DNA of 64,000 bases, from NCBI RefSeq assembly GCF_003918875.1, contig NW_025767274.1:558001-622000 (forward strand), in the 5' to 3' direction. This DNA comes from Haliotis rubra (Eukaryota). Every line of letters starts with the position of its first letter. The first letter of the stretch is position 1. The notes beneath the pieces are model-generated. The model did no database searches. It was not told the DNA's origin and worked only from the letters and a program-made list of their open reading frames with translations. A program made the translations under genes and the position numbers. This document shows positions 1 through 14,239 of this stretch, piece after piece.

Positions 1-112
1 ATATCATGGCGGGGGACACCAGGAATGGGCTTAACACATTGTACCATGTGGGGAATCAAACCTGGATCTTTAGTGTGACAAGCCGACACTCTAACCATCA
101 GGCTACCCCACA
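1..112 (-). mobile_element. tRNA-derived SINE family 1, cut by the window edge
   Basis: Matches the head and body of the intact copy at 60133-60298. Confidence 0.85.
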
Positions 113-505
113 GTCCTGTAACTATAATGAACTTCCATAGTCATCAATTGTCAGAGTCCATGGTTAATTCTGTGTACCATGGATGTCAATATTCCATGGT
201 AAGTCCTGATCCTACTATAAGTCAGCATTACAGGGCAGATTGTTAGGATAGAGCCTCCACAATAATCACATCATCTGTCAACTACGTCTCATCTCAAGAT
301 GGATGGAAACAACACAGAGGTGCAGGTGCCCTTTCCACATCGTCATTTGACTAACAAGACTAATAACATATGACATTTGGACTACTATCAGGGATCATTG
401 CTCCAAGAACAGAACGGTTCCAGAAACATAATACTGTATGTATTCACTGGCCCAGACATACAGACTTTGCTGTGGTACATGAAATATGAAAACAGCCTTG
501 GGCCT

Positions 506-585
506 CTATTACTATATGGATCAATCCCAGTCTATTACTATATGGATCAACCCCACTCTATTACTATATGGATCAATCCCAGTCT
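506..585. repeat. 26-bp tandem repeat, 3 copies
   Basis: ctattactatatggatcaatcccagt at 506, 532 and 558. Confidence 0.85.
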
Positions 586-1993
586 TAAGGGGAAATATAT
601 TTTTGTATTAGATTTGCAAACCTTGTTTTAATAACTTACAGCAACTAAAGAAAATCAGGCTATTGTACATTCGGTCCTGGAGAAGGAAAAGGAGGATATT
701 GTTAAATATTGTGGATCAGAATACAGTGTTGTTTGTTTTTTAACACTCTTTACTGTAACATAATAAATATCAATTTGTTTACTTATTACATAATAATTAC
801 ATTACCATGAAACATAATTTTGAAGAAGTCTATAAATAGCAGTGAAAATAGAAAAATTCACATCTGACTGGTAGGGATGAAAAAATATATGTTCTTGCCA
901 TGGTAAGGTTCGTATTGTGTTATGTGTATAAAGGCCTTCTGTTTGGTCTGTTTCAGTTCGGTATATGAGATATAAAATAGCTGTAATAAAATGTTACTTG
1001 ATGACCCCAGGAGGCTGGTACTTCCTCTTATTATATCACAGTGTCAGTGATGGAGGTGTGAACGTCATCCTGTACATCTTGTGAAGGGGAGATATATCTA
1101 TCACTGTCATACTACAAACTAGCAGAGAATATTGAGAAGCAACTACTCTCAGTCATAATGCAGAGGTGATCAATCTATGACCTGGAAATAGACATAGTCC
1201 TAGTCCACATTAGTGGGGAACTGAAACATTATCTGAGTCTTGTGTGTGTGTGATGGTACAGGGACCATGGTATTATGGCCAAAAAGTAAACTAGTCATGT
1301 ATTTTGGAAGGAATTTGTATATGATTTTTAAATGTCTCTCTCTTTCTTTCCCTCTTGTCGAGATCAAGGCAGGGTATGACAAGTGACACCCTTTAATGTC
1401 TTTTGGCATGACACTTATAGAACTTCTTTTGAGTACACCACCCCCGCACACGCGCACACACGCATGCACACACATACACACACACACACTGGGTACAATG
1501 TAAACAACAAAGTAACAACACTATCCTTTCACTGATCCTCAATAAAAACCATGTTGATGGCTGGGTTAGACTGATATGGTGATAGTCAACTGTTTCCATA
1601 CTTGATGTACCCTGTGAAGTCAGTTGAGCTCAAACTGGTAAGAACACAACCCTGGATGATTTAGGTTGCTGGACGTTTACAAATGTTAAGAAACTAATGA
1701 CATTAACAACTGTAAAACATCTGACTGACATATAAAAGACAACATTGTTTTAACAACAAACCATCATCTGATTATTTCTGTGTGATGCGGAATATCACTT
1801 ATAGCATAGGTATCTGCTGCCACCCCTAAAAATATAATCCAGCGATAATATTAGCATTGTAGGAAACTACTGCCCGCCTGAACGCCTACGATGGGTTAAT
1901 TCTGTTTAGGGCTGGCAAAAAAATAAATCTTACCAGCCCAACAGTCGGGCTCATATTTTATGTGTAATCATGAGAATCTTATCTGTAAGACTG

Positions 1994-4900
1994 GTATAAC
2001 GACAGTATTAGGTAACTGAATTGGTTCCGTTCTTCTCTATGTCTGAAAACATATAGTATAACGACAGTATTAGGTAACTGAATTGGTTCCGTTCTTCTCT
2101 ATGTCTGGAAACATATAGTATAACGATAGTATTAGGTAAGTGAATTGGTTCCGTTCTTCTCTATGTCTGAAAACATATAGTATAACAATAGTATTAGGTA
2201 ACTGAATTGGTTCCATTCTTCTTTATGTCTGAAAACATATAGTATAACGATAGTATTAGGTAAGTGAATTGGTTCCGTTCTTCTCTATGTCTGAAAGCAT
2301 ATAGTATAACGATAGTATTAGGTAAGTGAATTGGTTCCGTTCTTCTCTATGTCTGAAAGCATACAGTATAACGATAGTATTAGGTAACTGTGAACTGGTT
2401 CCGTTCTTTCTATCTCTATGTCTGGAAACATATAGTATGGTTCGATAGTATTAGTATTAGGTAACTGAATTGGTTCCGTTCTTCTCTATGTCGCGTCGGG
2501 AAACATATAGTATAACGACAGTATTAGGTAACTGAATTGGTTCCGTTCTTCTCTATGTCTGAAAACATATAGTATAGCGATAGTATTAGGTAACTGAATT
2601 GGTTCCGTTCTTCTCTATGTCTGGAAACATATAGTATAACGACAGTATTAGGTAACTGAATTGGTTCCGTTCTTCTCTATGTCTGAAAACATATAGTATA
2701 ACGATAGTATTAGGTAACTGAATTGGTTCCGTTCTTCTCTATGTCTGAAAACATATAGTATAACGATGAATAGTATTAGGTAACTGAATTGGTTCCGTTC
2801 TTTCTCTATGTCTGAAAGCATATAGTATAACGATAGTATTAGGTAACTGAATTGGTTCCGTTCTTCTCTATGTCTGAAAGCATATATTATAACGATAGTA
2901 TTAGGTAAGTGAATTGGTTCCGTTCTTCTCTATGTCTGAAAACATATAGTATAACGATAGTATTAGGTAACTGATTTGGTTCCGTACTTCTCTATGTCTG
3001 AAAACATATAGTATAACGACAGTATTAGGTAACTGATTTGGTTCCGTTATTTTCTATGTCTGAAAGCATATAGTATAACCATAGTATTAGGTAAGTGAAT
3101 TGGTTTCGTTCTTCTTTATGTCTGGAAACATACAGTATAACGATAGTATTAGGTAAGTGAACTGGTTCCGTTCTTCTCTATGTCGGGAAACATATAGTAT
3201 AACAATAGTATTAGGTAACTGAATTGGTTCCGTTCTTCTCTATGTCGGGAAACATATAGTATAACAATAGTATTAGGTAAGTGAATTGGTTCCGTTCTTC
3301 TCTATGTCAGGAAACATATAGTATAACGACCGTTCTTCTCTATGTAGTATTAGGTAACTGAATTGGTTCCGTTCTTCTCTATGTCTGGAAACATATAGTA
3401 TAACGATAGTATTAGGTAAGTGAATTGGTTCCGTTCTTCTCTATGTCTGGAAACATATAGTATAACGATAGTATTAGGTAAGTGAATTGGTTCCGTTCTT
3501 CTCTATGTCTGAAAACATATAGTATAACGACAGTATTAGGTAACTGAATTGGTTCCGTTCTTCTCTATGTCTGGAAACATATAGTATAACGATAGTATTA
3601 GGTAAGTGAATTGGTTCCGTTCTTCTCTATGTCTGGAAACATATAGTATAACGATAGTATTAGGTAAGTGAATTGGTTCCGTTCTTCTCTATGTCTGAAA
3701 ACATATAGTATAACGATAGTATTAGGTAACTGAATTGGTTCCGCTGAATTGGTTTTCTTCTCTATGTCTGAAAACATATAGTATAACGATAGTATTAGGT
3801 AAGTGAATTGGTTCCGTTCTTCTTCTCTATGTCTGAAAGCATATAGTATAACGATAGTATTAGGTAACTGAATTGGTTCCGTTCTTCTCTATGTCGGGAA
3901 ACATATAGTATAACGATAGTATTAGGTAAGTGAATTGGTTCCGTTCTTCTCTATGTCATATAGTATAACGATAGTATTAGGTAACTGTGTCTGGAAACAT
4001 ATAGTATAACGATAGTATTAGGTAACTGAATTGGTTCCGTTCTTCTCTATGTCTGGAAACATATAGTATAACGATAGTATTAGGTAACTGAATTGGTTCC
4101 GTTCTTATGTCTATGTCTGAAAACATATAGTATAACGACAGTATTAGGTAACTGATTTGGTTCCTGTTGGTTTCTATGTCTGAAAGCATATAGTATAACG
4201 ATAGTATTAGGTAAGTGAATTGGTTCCGTTCTTCTTCTATGTCTGGAAACATATAGTATAACGATAGTATTAGGTAACTGAATTGGTTCCGCTCTTCTCT
4301 CTATGTCTGGAAACATATAGTATAACGATAGTATTAGGTAAGTGAATTGGTTCCGTTCTTCTCTATGTCTGAAACATATAGTATAACGATAGTATTAGGT
4401 AAGTGAATTGGTTCCGCTTCTTCTCTATGTCTATGTCTGAAACATATAGTATAACGATAGTATTAGGTAAGTGAATTGGTTTTCTTCTTTCTTCTCTATG
4501 TCTGGAAACATATAGTATAACGATAGTATTAGGTAAGTGAATTGGTTCCGTTCTTCTCTATGTCTGGAAACATATAGTATAACGATAGTATTAGGTAAGT
4601 GAATTGGTTCCGTTCTTCTCTATGTCTGAAACATATAGTATAACGATAGTATTAGGTAAGTGAATTGGTTCCGTTCTTCTCTATGTCTGGAAACATATAG
4701 TATAACGATAGTATTAGGTAAGTGAATTGGTTCCGTTCTTCTCTATGTCTGAAAACATATAGTATAACGACAGTATTAGGTAACTGAATTGGTTCCGTTC
4801 TTCTCTATGTCTGAAAACATATAGTATAACGATAGTATTAGGTAAGTGAATTGGTTCCGTTCTTCTTTATGTCTATGTCTGGAAACATATTAGTATGGTT

Positions 4901-7503
4901 CCGTTCTTCTCTATGTCTGGAAACATATAGTATAAGTATTAGGTAAGTGAACTGGTTCCGTTCTTCTCTATGTCTGGAAAACATATAGTATAACGATAGT
5001 ATTAGGTAACTGAATTGGTTCCGTTCTTCTCTATGTCTGGAAACATATAGTATAACGATAGTATTAGGTAAGTGAATTGGTTCCGTTCTTCTCTATGTCT
5101 GGAAACATATAGTATAACGATAGTATTAGGTAACTGAATTGGTTCCGTTCTTCTCTATGTCTGGAAACATATAGTATAACGACAGTATTAGGTAAGTGAA
5201 TTGGTTGAATTGGTTCCGTTCTTCTCTATGTCTGGAAACATATAGTATAACGATAGTATTAGGTAAGTGAATTGGTTCCGTTCTTCTCTATGTCTGAAAA
5301 CGATAGTATTATAATATAGTATAACGACAGTATTAGGTAACTGAATTGGTTCCGTTCTTCTCTATGTCGGGAAACATATAGTATAACGATAGTATTAGGT
5401 AAGTGAATTGGTTCCGTTCTTCTCTATGTCTGAAAACATATAGTATAACGACAGTATTAGGTAACTGAATTGGTTCCGTTCTTCTCTATGTCTGGAAACA
5501 TATAGTATAACGATAGTATTAGGTAAGTGAATTGGTTCCGTTCTTCTCTATGTCTGAGAAGCATATAGTATAACGATAGTATTAGGTTAAGTGAATTGGT
5601 TCCGTTCTTCTCTATGTCTGAAAACATATAGTATAACGACAGTATTAGGTAACTGAATTGGTTCCGTTCTTCTCTATGTCTGGAAACATATAGTATAACG
5701 ATAGTATTAGGTAAGTGAATTGGTTCCGTTCTTCTCTATGTCTGAAAGCATATAGTATAACGATAGTATTAGGTAAGTGAATTGGTTCCGTTCTTCTCTA
5801 TGTCTGAAAGCATATAGTATAACGATAGTATTAGGTAAGTGAATTGGTTCCGTTCTTCTCTATGTCTGGAAACATATAGTATAACGATAGTATTAGGTAA
5901 CTGAATTGGTTCCGTTCTTCTCTATGTCTGAAAGCATATAGTATAACGATAGTATTAGGTAAGTGAATTGGTTCCGTTCTTCTCTATGTCTGGAAACATA
6001 TAGTATAACGATAGTATTAGGTAAGTGAATTGGTTCCGTTCTTCTCTATGTCTGGAAACATATAGTATAACGATAGTATTAGGTAACTGAATTGGTTCCG
6101 TTCTTCTCTATGTCTGAAAACATATAGTATAACGATAGTATTAGGTAACTGAATTGGTTCCGTTCTTCTCTATGTCTGAAAACATATAGTATAACGATAG
6201 TATTAGGTAAGTGAATTGGTTCCGTTCTTCTCTATGTCTGAAAACATATAGTATAACGACAGTATTAGGTAACTGAATTGGTTCCGTTCTTCTCTATGTC
6301 TGGAAACATATAGTATAACGATAGTATTAGGTAAGTGAATTGGTTCCGTTCTTCTCTATGTCTGAAAACATATAGTATAACGACAGTATTAGGTAACTGA
6401 ATTGGTTCCGTTTCTCTCTCGGGAAACATATAGTATAACGATAGTATTAGGTAACTGAATTGGTTCCGTTCTTCTCTCTAAAAACATATAGTATAACGAT
6501 AGTATTAGGTAAGTGAATTGGTTCCGCTCTTCTCTATGTCTGAAAGCATATAGTATAACGATAGTATTAGGTAACTGAATTGGTTCCGTTCTTCTCTATG
6601 TCTGGAAAACATATAGTATAACGATAGTATTAGGTAACTGAATTGGTTCCGTTCTTCTCTATGTCTGGAAACATATAGTATAACGATAGTATTAGGTAAG
6701 TGAATTGGTTCCGTTCTTCTCTATGTCTGAAAACATATAGTATAACGATAGTATTAGGTAAGTGAATTGGTTCCGTTCTTCTCTATGTCTGAAAGCATAT
6801 AGTATAACGATAGTATTAGGTAAGTGAATTGGTTCCGTTCTTCTCTATGTCTGAAAACATATAGTATAACGATAGTATTAGGTAACTGAATTGGTTCCGT
6901 TCTTCTCTATGTCTGGAAACATATAACGATAGTATAACTGAATTGGATAGTATTAGGTATAGGAATTGGTTCCGTTCTTCTCTATGTCTGGAAACATATA
7001 GTATAACGATAGTATTAGGTAACTGAATTGGTTCCGTTCTTCTCTATGTCTGAAAGCATATAGTATAACGATAGTATTAGGTAAGTGAATTGGTTCCGTT
7101 CTTCTCTATGTCTGGAAACATATAGTATAACGATAGTATTAGGTAACTGAATTGGTTCCGTTCTTCTCTATGTCTGAAAGCATATAGTATATAACGATAG
7201 TATTAGGTAAGTGAATTGGTTCCGTTCTTCTCTATGTCTGAAAGCATATAGTATAACGATAGTATTAGGTAACTGAATTGGTTCCGTTCTTCTCTATGTC
7301 TGAAAGCATATAGTATAACGATAGTATTAGGTAACTGAATTGGTTCCGTTCTTCTCTATGTCTGAAAACATATAGTATAACGATAGTATTAGGTAACTGA
7401 ATTGGTTCCGTTCTTCTCTATGTCTGAAAACATATAGTATAACGATAGTATTAGGTAAGTGAATTGGTTCCGTTCTTCTCCATGTCTGAAAACATATAGT
7501 ATA
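1994..7503. repeat. 62-bp satellite array, about 88 units
   Basis: Unit gtataacga(t/c)agtattaggtaa(c/g)tgaattggttccgttcttctctatgtctg(a/g)aa(a/g)catata. Period 62 (1994 to 2056). Some units are scrambled or carry indels. Confidence 0.98.
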
Positions 7504-8139
7504 TATACTATAACACTACATACAGATTCTTATTGAGATCAGGTTGTAGCACTCGTCCTTGGATATAATCAAAGTACTGTATTCAAAGCAATTATCAAAC
7601 AATAGTTACCACTGTGTACGGTTCTGAGGTTACTTCACAGAATTCAATTCCAGGGACCCACATCAAGTGACAGCATATTTTGGGGAAAAGATTATTTACA
7701 GATTTATTTATTGATATTCTCCCTTTGTATGTTTAAAGGTTTGAGAAGAGAAACCCTCATCCTGAGCAATACATTGCCCCATTAGACGAGCTATGAATAA
7801 TGTTCCTTCAATCTTACTACAGATCTATGTTCAAAGAAAGAAGTGGATCAATCTTCATCAGCCTTTGATGTGGTTTTGTGTATGCAGAAAGGTATCTTGG
7901 TGAAAGTATATACTCTGTCTGATCCAACAAAGTCCAGCTTGAGAGAGTATGAGAGATGAATTTGTGATTAAATTTTCTAGAATTTGTTTGCTGATTGATT
8001 GAACGATTGAGAGATTGATTGATTGATTGATTGAGAGATTCAGTGAGTGAGTGAATGAGTAAGTTGTGTTTTGTATTGCACTAAAAATCTTCAGTAATCT
8101 CACCCCATATTGGCTTAATGAGAGAAGATTTGATTATCT

Positions 8140-8330
8140 GGCTGGGCCATACCAAAAGATTTTAAAATATGGTATTTGTTGTTGTCCAGCCTGGTGCCTG
8201 CCATTTAGTGGATGAAACAAGGACTGGCTTGTATAGTGAGTCAGTACACTGTGTCTGAGTGGTGACTTCATCTTTACACTGTGGCACCTGATTTAGGTGT
8301 CCAGCACTATAAATCCAGCAAACACTCATG
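8140..8330 (+). mobile_element. Degenerate V-SINE-like element
   Basis: ggccataccaaaagattttaaaatatggtatttgttgttg...aaggactggct...cagcactataaa resembles the molluscan V-domain SINE body as I recall it. Related copies at 24180-24310 (-) and 27403-27610 (+). Confidence 0.6.
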
Positions 8331-8591
8331 CACATTGCTTTTTGAATTAAATAAACTTGAACACAGTTGAAACCTCATCTTATGTGTCAAGAAAACCCAA
8401 ACTGCAAAAGGTAACAGACCTACACTTATTTTTGGGAAACACAGTACTGACAGACCAACATGTGAGACTGTAATTTAAATCAATAAACACAAAATCCTGA
8501 AACGACTAAGGTATGTAACTCCACTCTCCAACTCATGCCCCCTTTTGGCTACTGTTATTCTTACCTACAGTTTGGCCAATAATTTTCTTAA

Positions 8592-9060
8592 TAATATCAT
8601 AATAGACTATTTGTATAGCGCATATATCCATGTCCGTGACATGCTCAAAGCGCACAAACTGAAGAGTTCCAGAATCACTATATACAAGTAAGTAAAAAAA
8701 AGAGAGATTATTGGGGGTCACTGATGAAAAGCTAATTTGTAGAGGTATGTCTTGAGTGGGCTCTTGAACGAGGAGAGATCAGTACAGAGGCGGAGATGCT
8801 CAGGAAGGTTGTTCCATTCTACAGCAGCAGAGTAGGAGAAGGTTCGGCGTCCATGTACGGTTGATCAGTACTTTGGGGACTTTGAGGAGGTTTTTACTCT
8901 GAGACTGCAGAGATCGAGAAGGCAAATATGGAGTGAGAATATGGGGGAGGTAGACCGGAGCAGAGCCAGAGAGACAATGGAACATAATGCATAGGACTTT
9001 GAAGAGAATTTGTTGTTCAACTGGTAGCCAATGGAGTGATTGGAGGACAGGACTGATATG
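8592..9060 (-). mobile_element. 5'-truncated L2/CR1-group LINE: ORF2 C-terminus plus 3' UTR
   Basis: Minus strand translates HISPVLQSLHWLPVEQQILFKVLCIMFHCLSGSAPVYL...PSRSLQS, then after a frameshift GRRTFSYSAAVEWNNLPEHLR...FKSPLKTYLY...stop. 3' stem-loop GCGCTTTGAGCATG...GCGCTATACAAAT with an ATT-rich tail. Possible TSD ttcttaa (8585/9061). Confidence 0.9.
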
Positions 9061-9079
9061 TTCTTAACCCTTTTGGATG

Positions 9080-9134
9080 AGTGAGTTTTGTTTCTTGCTG
9101 CACTCAGCAATATTCCAGCTACATACTGGCGGTC
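9080..9134 (-). mobile_element. Heavily 5'-truncated SINE family 2 tail with a 15-bp TSD
   Basis: Tail GCTGGAATATTGCTGAGTGCAGC...CTCACT flanked by taacccttttggatg at 9065-9079 and 9135-9149. Confidence 0.85.
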
Positions 9135-9325
9135 TAACCCTTTTGGATGGTATTAAGAATAATTACAATATTTTCTTGTTGCATCGCCTGCTGGACAAAG
9201 GCCAAATACTTTATCCAGGGGACAGGAAACCTTTCTTGTCCCCTTCAACTCAGTATATGTTTGGGCAATGTCTTTTATGAACAATATCCTACTCGATAAA
9301 ATAGACCATGCAAACTGTGTGTCCT

Positions 9326-9832
9326 TACCTCTTACATGAACAATGGACAGGCAATATGGTCAGGCAACCTCATTGTTCTAACCTCTTACATGAACAATGG
9401 ACAGCCAATATGGTCAGGCAACCTCATTGTTCTAACCTCTTACATGAACAATGGACAGGCAATATGGTCAGGCAGCCTCACTGTTCTAACCTCTTACATG
9501 AACAATGGACAGCCAATATGGTCAGGCAACCTCATTGTTCTAACCTCTTACATGAACAATGGACAGGCAATATGGTCAGGCAGCCTCATTGTTCTAACCT
9601 CTTACATGAACAATGGACAGGCAATATGGTCAGGCAGCCTCATTATTCTAACCTCTTACATGAACAATGGACAGGCAATATGGTCAGGCAGCCTCATTGT
9701 TCTAACCTCTTACATGAACAATGGACAGGAAATATGGTCAGGCAGCCTCACTGTTCTAACCTCTTACATGATGAATGTAGAGGTAATATGGTCAGGCAGC
9801 CTCATTGTTCTAACCATGTGTGTGAACAATGG
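9326..9832. repeat. 54-bp minisatellite, about 9.5 copies
   Basis: Unit acctcttacatgaacaatggacaggcaatatggtcaggcagcctcattgttcta. Explains the 18-aa periodic ORFs 9308-9916 and 9336-9884. Confidence 0.95.
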
Positions 9833-12655
9833 ATTAGCCACATGCTCAGTTTACCAAACAGTCATGCAGACCTGTTTGTCCTAATCAGCCGTATCAAGAT
9901 TCCAGTGCCCCAATGATCACTAAAATCAAAAGGAAAGACACCAAGGGCACAAGTGGTATTGGATTACATTTTCCTTCAACTAATGATCTTGTGAATAATT
10001 GATGTGGGTATACGAGTGACGGAAGGTGATTGATCAGGTGATGTGCCTGGCACCTGGAATGATGGACACATATTGATCAAACTGTCTGTCTGTTTCCTGA
10101 AACACACACACCAGCACTAATGGAGGTACATTTTTGTCCATTAGTACCATGGACAGAGTGGATACTTGGGATGAAATGGAAGACAAAAACAAACTGTGTG
10201 AAGTGAAGATGATAGGATGGGAAAAAGATCATCCTCCTACCATTGGAACTAATGAAAGTGTCAGGAATCGGACGGAAAATTGTGAACTAGAAATTTTACC
10301 GGGATATGTTCATCTCAAAAAGAGTCTTCCGAAGTTATTGGATTAATCTTAAGCAGTTTCAGCAATTGAACAGGACTGAGGATTTTATTCTGTATTTGAG
10401 CAGTTTTAACCATCCTCAGAAGAGTGAGTGAGTGAGTGAGTGAGTAGGTTAGGTGAAGTGCTGCTTTGAACCGTATACCATTATTATCCCAGCATGTCCG
10501 CATATTGTGGGAGGAAAGATCCAAGTGACCCCACTGTGATGAAACCCACAAGCACGTATGGAGTGCTGACAAATCTAGAAACACAAATGGGGCAAAACAG
10601 GATTTGAATCCATACAGAAATCTAATCACGGTGAACTGGGATTCAAGCCCAGAAATAGAGGCTCCATGCCGAAGGGATGCAACTCTGTACAAGAAAACTT
10701 TGAGAGCAGGTCCACCTGTGCCCTCTTCTGCCACCTGTGCCCTCATAATAGATCCACTGTACATGTGCTTGCGGTGACGATGGTGGTCAGGTGACTGATT
10801 TATTCAAAGCCAAATGGCGTGGAATGTTGCTTATGCTATCAAGCACAGGCTGAATAGTGTCTGTTGTGGCACAAAAAAACATTCACTCACAAATTCACAC
10901 TGTCATTGAATCATTGATTTTCTAATAGTGATTCATTTAACATTTGTAAACAATTTGCTGACAGGTAAAATGCAACAAACTTTTGGTTTCATGTCAAAAC
11001 CCATTTCATTTCACTAGGTGAAGTGTAATAGCTCGGCTAAATATTGACAAATTACACTTCATTCATGACTTAATTCACTTAATCTGTATCAGTATAATTA
11101 ATTAGCTGGAGTCAAGAGTATCAGGTAGCGTAACATGTTTACTGAAATGTATCGGTTTATGCATGAACTTCCTTGTATTTTAACTGTATTGCCGAACACA
11201 ACGAACATGACAGCATCACGGAAATGAATCTTGTTGTTAAGTGCTTTCATTGTAGCAAGCCATTGCAGCTTACAAGAAACCTCTCTTCTACAATACCCAG
11301 TGGAGTTTTGCAATGAGCAAGTTATTGATTACCATGCAATAATCAATTGGGGCTTCGCCACCTGATTGATCTCTGATCGTACCTGTAGCCTCTCTAGCTC
11401 ATACAATGTGTCATTAATATCACATGAAATGTTTGGTGGCGCTGAAGACCAATTAAACAACTTGTATACCACAAAGGAAGCTTGGTTATGTAATGAATGA
11501 CAAGTTACACCGGATGAGCGGTTGGCGATGAAAGATGTCGACCTACCATCATTAGTCACACTATTTGGCCATGAAGAAATCATACTAGACAAGGGTGGAT
11601 CAAGCCCTCTTTGTGAGGAACGTGCAGAGAGTGTCATAGGGCTTATGTATTGATTGGGCGGACTATCAGAATACTTTCTCAAGACAATGATACCCAGTGG
11701 CTCTATGTATTCAACAAATATGAAACAATTACTAGTACATAGGTATCTTGTTTTCTGAAAGCTTCAGATATATTTATCAATACTTGTAACTGGCCACTTG
11801 AGGCTAAATCTATTCAGTAATCTTGAAAAATATTGAACATTTACTCGTTCAAGAGTATCTTGTGACCTCATACTTATTGGCTATACTTATTACGAAAAAC
11901 ACTGAAAAAATGTTGGGGCTATACAAATGTATGTGTGTGCATGTGTGCGTGCATGCATGTTGTAGGTCATTAGATAACCTAAAAGACTAAAAGATGTAAA
12001 ATGTTATTATTCTAACAAAATATGTATATGCTGCTGGTCTTGACAGTTTTTCAAATTACTTCTTTGACATATACATCAACAGAAATCTGACTGTAGCACT
12101 TAATCCAACGATATTCATGACAGTTTTGAGACGAAGAAGGAAGCTAAATCATTCTGAATGTAGAAACCACCACTTGCTGTTTGGCATCATGATCCATTCA
12201 AGTTACCACCTTTTTGTGTGATGCATGCTGGGTGGGCTTTCATATAGACGACACTTTCTAAAGATGGCCATTCATCATCTATGGTGCAATAAATGGTGCC
12301 CCCTCCCCTCGCCATACAATCGATACAGCAAAATTACACAGCGTCAGTATGTAGGAATCTATCATCCCAGTGCCAATTTACACAGGCAACCCACAGACTA
12401 CAAACTAAATGAGAAAACCTCGTTTCCCCATGCGGGGTGTTTCTCCATGTTTTAACGAAAGGTTTTAATGCTGCTTTCACACAAGAGCTTTTCTGGCAGA
12501 TTTCTAAAGTTTCACACTGTTGAAAAGTGGACAATTCTGAAAGTTTTAATCTGAACTGCAATTTTCAACGTCAGATGGAAAGTGTCTGCTTCAAAACAGT
12601 ATGGTAGTAGACTATGATCTAGCCATATTGCAGGGGTGGATACAGCTTTTGTAGA

Positions 12656-12656
<1 letters not shown>

Positions 12657-12692
<36 letters not shown>
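12657..12692. repeat. (TG)n microsatellite
   Basis: Direct reading. A degenerate (GGCAT/GGTGT)n tract follows at about 12800-12930. Confidence 0.95.
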
Positions 12693-12693
<1 letters not shown>

Positions 12694-13963
12694 ACACTTC
12701 ATTTTCACAAGAGTTTCTATGGTCATGTAATAAACTTTCAGGACAAAAGGGGACACCCCTGCATATCCCCTTTGGATCCGCCTATATATTGTGTGGCAAG
12801 GCATGGCGTGGCGTATAGCACATAATACGTTGTGGCATGGAGTGGCATGGTGTGACATGGCATGGTGTGGCATGACATAGTGTGGCATAGAATGTGTGGA
12901 GCGTGGTGTATGGTGTATGGAGTGTGGAATGTGGATAGTGCTTTTACTATAAAGGACTTATACCATACTATATATTGTATAAAAACTCAAATATCAAGAA
13001 GTTTTATCTCAATGTTTAGCTGTCAACAGCCCCCACTAATAATATTAAGACACCACACAGTTTATAAATTCACTGACAATCCTGTACAACCCAACTATTC
13101 AGCTGACAACAGCTACCAATCTCATGAACAAATAGCTTTATGGTAAGTTGGCTCTATGAACTATCATAATGACAGGAGACCAAATTGTTCAGACATGGCG
13201 CCATTGTCGATGGGCCTCAAAGACAATGCCAACATGTCCGCCATGATTACACTGTCAGCTTTGTGCAGCTATATTCTTACACAATATCAAACCTGTCACT
13301 TCTGCCCAGGATTTAGACAACCAATCATGTGGTTAATAACCCATTTTTTTCCCTAGTTTACCGCTTGTAGTTCCTGATTTATTTCTTGCAAGAAATAACA
13401 TGATTATAGTGGGAACATTTACAAGGAGAGAGACGATGTTATAATTGTCTTGAGCGGGCTTTATCACATCAGAGCGGGCTTGAGACAACAGGAATGTCAG
13501 GCTCGTGTTGAGATAATGTCACTTCAGAACTTCATCACATTCGTGGAAGCTTGTCTGCCACAAGATATTCCTTACAAAATATGTTCAATCATCTTGTTCA
13601 GCTGTGATCAAAGTTTACTCTGTGAAACAAGCACCTGGTGTATAACAGTTTTTTTATCTACTCAAGCATGTTGTCAGATTAACAGAAAAGAGGCAGATCT
13701 ATATGTTGACAGGGGTGTGTGTGTTTGCGAGCGTGCATGTGTGCATGTGTACATGCTCTTATAATGCTGGACAGTCACCAAGCCACATTTTAACATGGAT
13801 ATTTCACTTACAGTAAACTAACTGTCCCTTTAATGCTGATCAAGGCAGGGTAACAATAAGTACCATCCTTTAATATTTCAACACTTTAAAAGTAGGTTAA
13901 TTCTCAACTTCAGCATTATGTGTTTCAACTTGTACATCTGCACAAGGCTACTGACAATGATGA

Positions 13964-14140
13964 GTGAGTGTGTGAGTGAGTTAGTGAGTATGGTTTTATG
14001 GTGCTTTTAGCATTATTCCAACAATATCCCAGGGGCTGACACCTTCAGTAGGCTTCACACATTGCCTCCATGTAGGGAATCAAACCTGGGTCTTTGGCGA
14101 GATGAGCGAACACTTCAACCACTTGGCTATCCCACCATCC
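13964..14140 (-). mobile_element. tRNA-derived SINE family 1
   Basis: Full length but diverged, with an (ACTC)n tail. TSD ctga(c/t)aatgatga at 13951/14141. Confidence 0.9.
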
Positions 14141-14239
14141 CTGATAATGATGAATTCATAAGTAGTCATATAACTCGTGTGGCAGGGTTCACATGTCCCC
14201 AACCCTCATCCATCACTGTAGAACACAATTGAGTATCAG

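Noticed and set aside
3977-4316. ORFs within the satellite
   Set aside because: Artefacts of indel-bearing satellite units.
1994-7503. CRISPR-like array
   Set aside because: Units are contiguous near-identical 62-mers with no unique spacers. The context is eukaryotic and there are no cas genes.
9308-9916. 202-aa and 182-aa repeat-protein ORFs
   Set aside because: Both come from a 54-bp minisatellite that is open in two frames. No splice or homology support.
11329-11682. 117-aa minus-strand ORF
   Set aside because: Non-ATG start, no recognisable domain and no convincing splice boundaries.
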